64,000 bases of DNA from NCBI GenBank assembly GCA_034226945.1, contig CP120454.1, positions 372,001 through 436,000 on the forward strand, given 5' to 3'. Under the pieces are notes generated by a model. That model had not been told where the DNA came from. It saw nothing but the letters and a program-made list of their open reading frames with translations, and did not search any database. Both the position numbers and the translations under genes were made by a program. Positions 60,342 through 64,000 of this stretch are shown piece by piece. This stretch comes from Picochlorum sp. SENEW3 (taxonomy: Eukaryota). Within the stretch, counting starts at the first letter, position 1; each line of letters starts with the position of its first letter.

Positions 60342-62225
60342 TCATTGGGTGGAATCTTCTGCGGAAATCCCCTTCACTTCAATGTACAAGCATGGATGCC
60401 TGGAATTGAGTCTCTTTGCCTTCTGCCGAGATACATCCATTGGCTTTTTAAACAATGGAAGTGCAAGTTTGCCTTCTCGGACTCGGCAACTGAGGTTTCC
60501 AACATCGCAAATCATCTCAAAATCAACAACAGACCAGGCAATTGTGCTCATCTTGTTTCTCTTAGCTTTCCAATGTTTGATGGCAAAGAACAGGGATGAG
60601 CCTGATGGTATATTTTTCAACAATGAAGATAGGGTTTTGGACTGCTTGGAAAACTTGAGAGTGCCCCTGTCCCTGTTCTGTTGCCCAGGAGCTGTGTCGA
60701 GGGGTAGCTCCAACAGCCTCCCCATCTTGTCTCTGAGTTCGATGGAAACAAATGGTTGGTCAAACTCTCTCCTTGTGCCAAGAGCCGAGGACAAAATTGT
60801 TATGTGTAAGTGATCGTGGCCTGGTCCAGATTGCTCTCTCCAAACTGCAGTGTCGAGCTTTGACACAGGTAGTCCTCCACGCGCATCACTGGGAAGATGG
60901 CCAACCCTCTCTGCCAAGCATTTTCTATCCAAATCTCTACCTCCAACCTTACTGACATTTCTAAGCATACTCTTGATATTGAATGACATGGACCTAAATG
61001 AGCCAACGATGGAAGGCATTCTTGAGACAAGAGAAGCTCCTCCAATGGAATCATCATCAGAGTAGGAGTATTCACTTTCAATGCAGGTTCTCGGAGTCTC
61101 GACATCTCCCAACGCCGCACTCCACATTTCACTCTCATATACGTCTTCATTATTGAATGCTTTACCAAGATTGAGACGCAATTGGTCTGTAGAGGTTTGG
61201 CCAGGGAGAGGCTCCAAGACCAATCTAGAAATGTCTGTATCACTCAACGATTTCGGCAATTTGATGCCATCTCCTTGCTCAGTGACGCTTTGAACAATTG
61301 CGATAAATGCACAGAAGCACCGTTCGTCAATTTTGCATACTGTGTGAGGGTCAACTAATGCCCAAACTTTGCTGAAATGGACATGGCGAGTTTCCAATGC
61401 ATGATACATCTCAATAGCATCACGAATTGGCATTCCACCACTCTGATCATATCCTTTTGTTTTGAAAGATTCCAGACATTTTCTCTTCTCCGCTTCTGTC
61501 AAAGGCAATATCGAAGAACCAGGCAGTGGCCCGACAAGTTTTTTAAAGGCATTGGACAATGATATACTGCCATCCTCTCTTCCCCACATCGAACGGCTTC
61601 TAGCCGAGTGCTCGACTGTCTCATCAAAAGCATCCCACGGATCCTGAGAGCCATCTACAAAACCACCATGCTGCATGGTGCCTGACCCTCTCATGCTGAG
61701 CACTCCTTGGCCCAGAGGACCTGACGTGTCTTCGAATTGCAAACTCGATAAATTCAAAGGGGGTATAGTCTCACTTTTAATCTTCCACCCCCCTTCGCCA
61801 TCATCGTTCTCTATAGCTGATGACAGTCCAGCACTGGCATGTGACAATTTCTTCTGGACATTGGTCAGCCCACTCACCATTTGCTTCTGTTCGTTACAAT
61901 CATACATATCTTCTTCTTGATCCATGAATAAAGACTCTTGCGCCTTCCTAACAGCCATGAGTAGAAGGTATGTGGCCAGAAAGAAATCATCTTGTGACAG
62001 AGTGGATGCGTCCTCCCTGTTGACTGCTTCCAGCACATCTGACACAAAGTCTCCATGTGCTACATGCCTGTCCAAGTAACATATAGCATGTTTCCTGTCT
62101 AGTGTACCCCCTGTAGAGCCGCTCTCTCGGCAACAAGCTTCCCAATGGTCTCTCAGAACAGAAACGCTTGCCTGGCTACATTTGTCGCCATCAACGTACG
62201 CTCGATAGCGATTCTTCTGCATCAT
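60342..62225 (-). CDS. EH/EF-hand-like domains plus a C-terminal AIDA-type C2 domain
   Basis: LTEAEKRK...F...KVWALVD...IDERCF...LPKSL (EH-like); QPFVSIEL.D..G.LLE...DT, FFAIKHWKAKRNKMST, LPLFKKPMD (AIDA C2). Confidence 0.7.
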   Translation of the reverse strand: MMQKNRYRAYVDGDKCSQASVSVLRDHWEACCRESGSTGGTLDRKHAICYLDRHVAHGDFVSDVLEAVNREDASTLSQDDFFLATYLLLMAVRKAQESLFMDQEEDMYDCNEQKQMVSGLTNVQKKLSHASAGLSSAIENDDGEGGWKIKSETIPPLNLSSLQFEDTSGPLGQGVLSMRGSGTMQHGGFVDGSQDPWDAFDETVEHSARSRSMWGREDGSISLSNAFKKLVGPLPGSSILPLTEAEKRKCLESFKTKGYDQSGGMPIRDAIEMYHALETRHVHFSKVWALVDPHTVCKIDERCFCAFIAIVQSVTEQGDGIKLPKSLSDTDISRLVLEPLPGQTSTDQLRLNLGKAFNNEDVYESEMWSAALGDVETPRTCIESEYSYSDDDSIGGASLVSRMPSIVGSFRSMSFNIKSMLRNVSKVGGRDLDRKCLAERVGHLPSDARGGLPVSKLDTAVWREQSGPGHDHLHITILSSALGTRREFDQPFVSIELRDKMGRLLELPLDTAPGQQNRDRGTLKFSKQSKTLSSLLKNIPSGSSLFFAIKHWKAKRNKMSTIAWSVVDFEMICDVGNLSCRVREGKLALPLFKKPMDVSRQKAKRLNSRHPCLYIEVKGISAEDSTQ

Positions 62226-62630
62226 TAAATATTCAACTAAAATAATAACACGTGTTTTTCATACCAAAAGATCGAGAGAAAGTTTGTCATGACGACACCT
62301 GCAATGTGGTCAACCAACTGCCAACCCACCTCGCGACTGAAGTCGTCAATGACGCGATCCACGCTTTGAGCAAGTATAGAATCCATTGTCATACAAATTA
62401 TATACTATTTGGAAATGCTCGGGTCAATTGTGTACACGCGTGAGTCGACATCATCCATCGGAACTGGCCATATAACCTCTGCATCAATATCTAAATTCCG
62501 TATGAGCTCATTAAAAAAATGCGCCCTTGGACTCGTTTCAAAATTGAAATTCTCTCGTCTCCATACATGGTGAATTAAACGACGGAATCGTGTGCAGAAT
62601 ATATTTGTGAATAGTAATGAAAATACCAAC

Positions 62631-64000
62631 ATGGTAGAAGAGAACAGAGAAGATACAGTGGTGGATGCAACTGTAGACGTTGCCAACGGGCAGTCTGACT
62701 CTGAGGGAAGGAAGAGCGGGAGGGTCAAGGAGTTGGTCATTCAAGACTTTAAGTCTTACAAGGGAAAAGAGGTTGTCGGCCCCTTTAAAGATTTCACGAC
62801 CATCATTGGTCCGAATGGTAGTGGGAAAAGTAACTTGATGGACGCGATTTCCTTCGTTCTTGGTATTCGCACTGGTGTCTTGCGAGGAAATTCCTTGAGG
62901 GAATTGATATATGTGAATACGGATTCAGATGATCGGTGCGTCGCGTGAGACTATTTGGTTTGACTGTCGTGTTTCGAGGAAGAAGAGTTGTAACGCCATA
63001 TGCGTATGGTGCAGACCTGATAGAGCGGAAGTAACTCTCGTCTTTCAAACTGATGAGGGTAAGAAGGACGTTCTTTTCAGCAGAGCTATACTTCCGGTCA
63101 ATGGGGGAGAGAGTTATGTGAGTCAGTACAGGTTGGATGGAAAACCTGTTACAGCAGAGGCATACAATGCCAAATTGGAGGGTTTTGGAATTCTTGTGAA
63201 GGCTAGAAATTTTCTTGTGTTTCAGGGAGATATTGAAAACATAGCACAGATGACCCCGAAAGACTTGGCAAATTTGTTTGAGACTATTTCTGGATCTGCA
63301 GCATACAAGAAGGAGTACCAGGAAGCTGAGGGGAAGCTCAAAGATGCCGAATCAGCAATGGCCATCGTATTTAGCAAGAGAAAGGCTATTATGGCCGAGA
63401 AAAGACAAAAGAAAGAACAGAAGACTGAGGCTGAAAAGCATATTGCTTTGATGGAACAGCTGGAGGAGATGAAAGTGAGAAAGATTCTTTGGCAGTTGTA
63501 TCATCTCAGGCAAGACGAGAAGAAAGCACAAGAAGAATTAGATAAACTTAATAAGGATTTATCTGCAGCGGAGGTGGAGGCAGCAGAGTTATCGGAGGCA
63601 GTGGATCAGAAGAAGAGAAAGCATGCTAGCGTGGCCAAAGAGGCCCTTTTGATTGACAAGAAAATTAAGAAGAAGAAGGCAGAAATGGAGAAAAAGAGCC
63701 CTGAATTAATCAAGATTAAGGAACAGATTGCCCACCTTCAACGTAGGATAAAATCTGTCTCAAAAGAGAAGGAGCTTGCCTTGTCAAAGGCCCAGGAACA
63801 GTCAGAGCGGGTGGAAAACCTGAAGAATCAGGTCGCCAAACTGCAAAATGCTCAGCAGCAAGTCGAACTTGAGATTGAAGAAAGTAAAAAGTCACAGAAA
63901 AGCTTGAGTCCTGATCTCTTGAAAGAATATAACCGTATAAAGCAAGAATATGGATCAAGGGCATCAGCATTAGAGGCTGAAATTGCATCATTGAATGCTT
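62631..64000 (+). CDS. SMC1: Cohesin subunit SMC1; 3' end beyond the window
   Basis: FKSYKG...[29 protein letters not shown], then [16 protein letters not shown] and coiled coil, open to the window end. Confidence 0.95.

Overview
Gene-dense eukaryotic nuclear DNA from a compact-genome green alga (chlorophyte). A Picochlorum-like trebouxiophyte fits best, but that is inference from short GT-AG introns, tiny intergenic gaps, TGTAA poly(A) signals and nucleus-encoded plastid proteins (VIPP1, ClpR6, RPL22, Hsp33, SiR). About 39 protein-coding genes were reconstructed by splicing ORF fragments by eye; I found no tRNA, rRNA, CRISPR or transposon. Most genes are housekeeping. Most notable: (1) two linked ABCA half-transporters with complementary ATPase-motif defects, suggesting an obligate asymmetric heterodimer; (2) a DUF5522 fusion to a bacterial-type DUF71 PP-loop ATPase, a candidate for cobalamin salvage; (3) a 2-Cys peroxiredoxin fused to a WCGKC thioredoxin; (4) a secreted FN3 protein with an unusual, bacterial-looking C-terminal domain; (5) a ribbon-helix-helix-like tail on sulfite reductase; (6) a strongly structured intron. 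Exon boundaries and family assignments come from motif recognition only; no searches were run.
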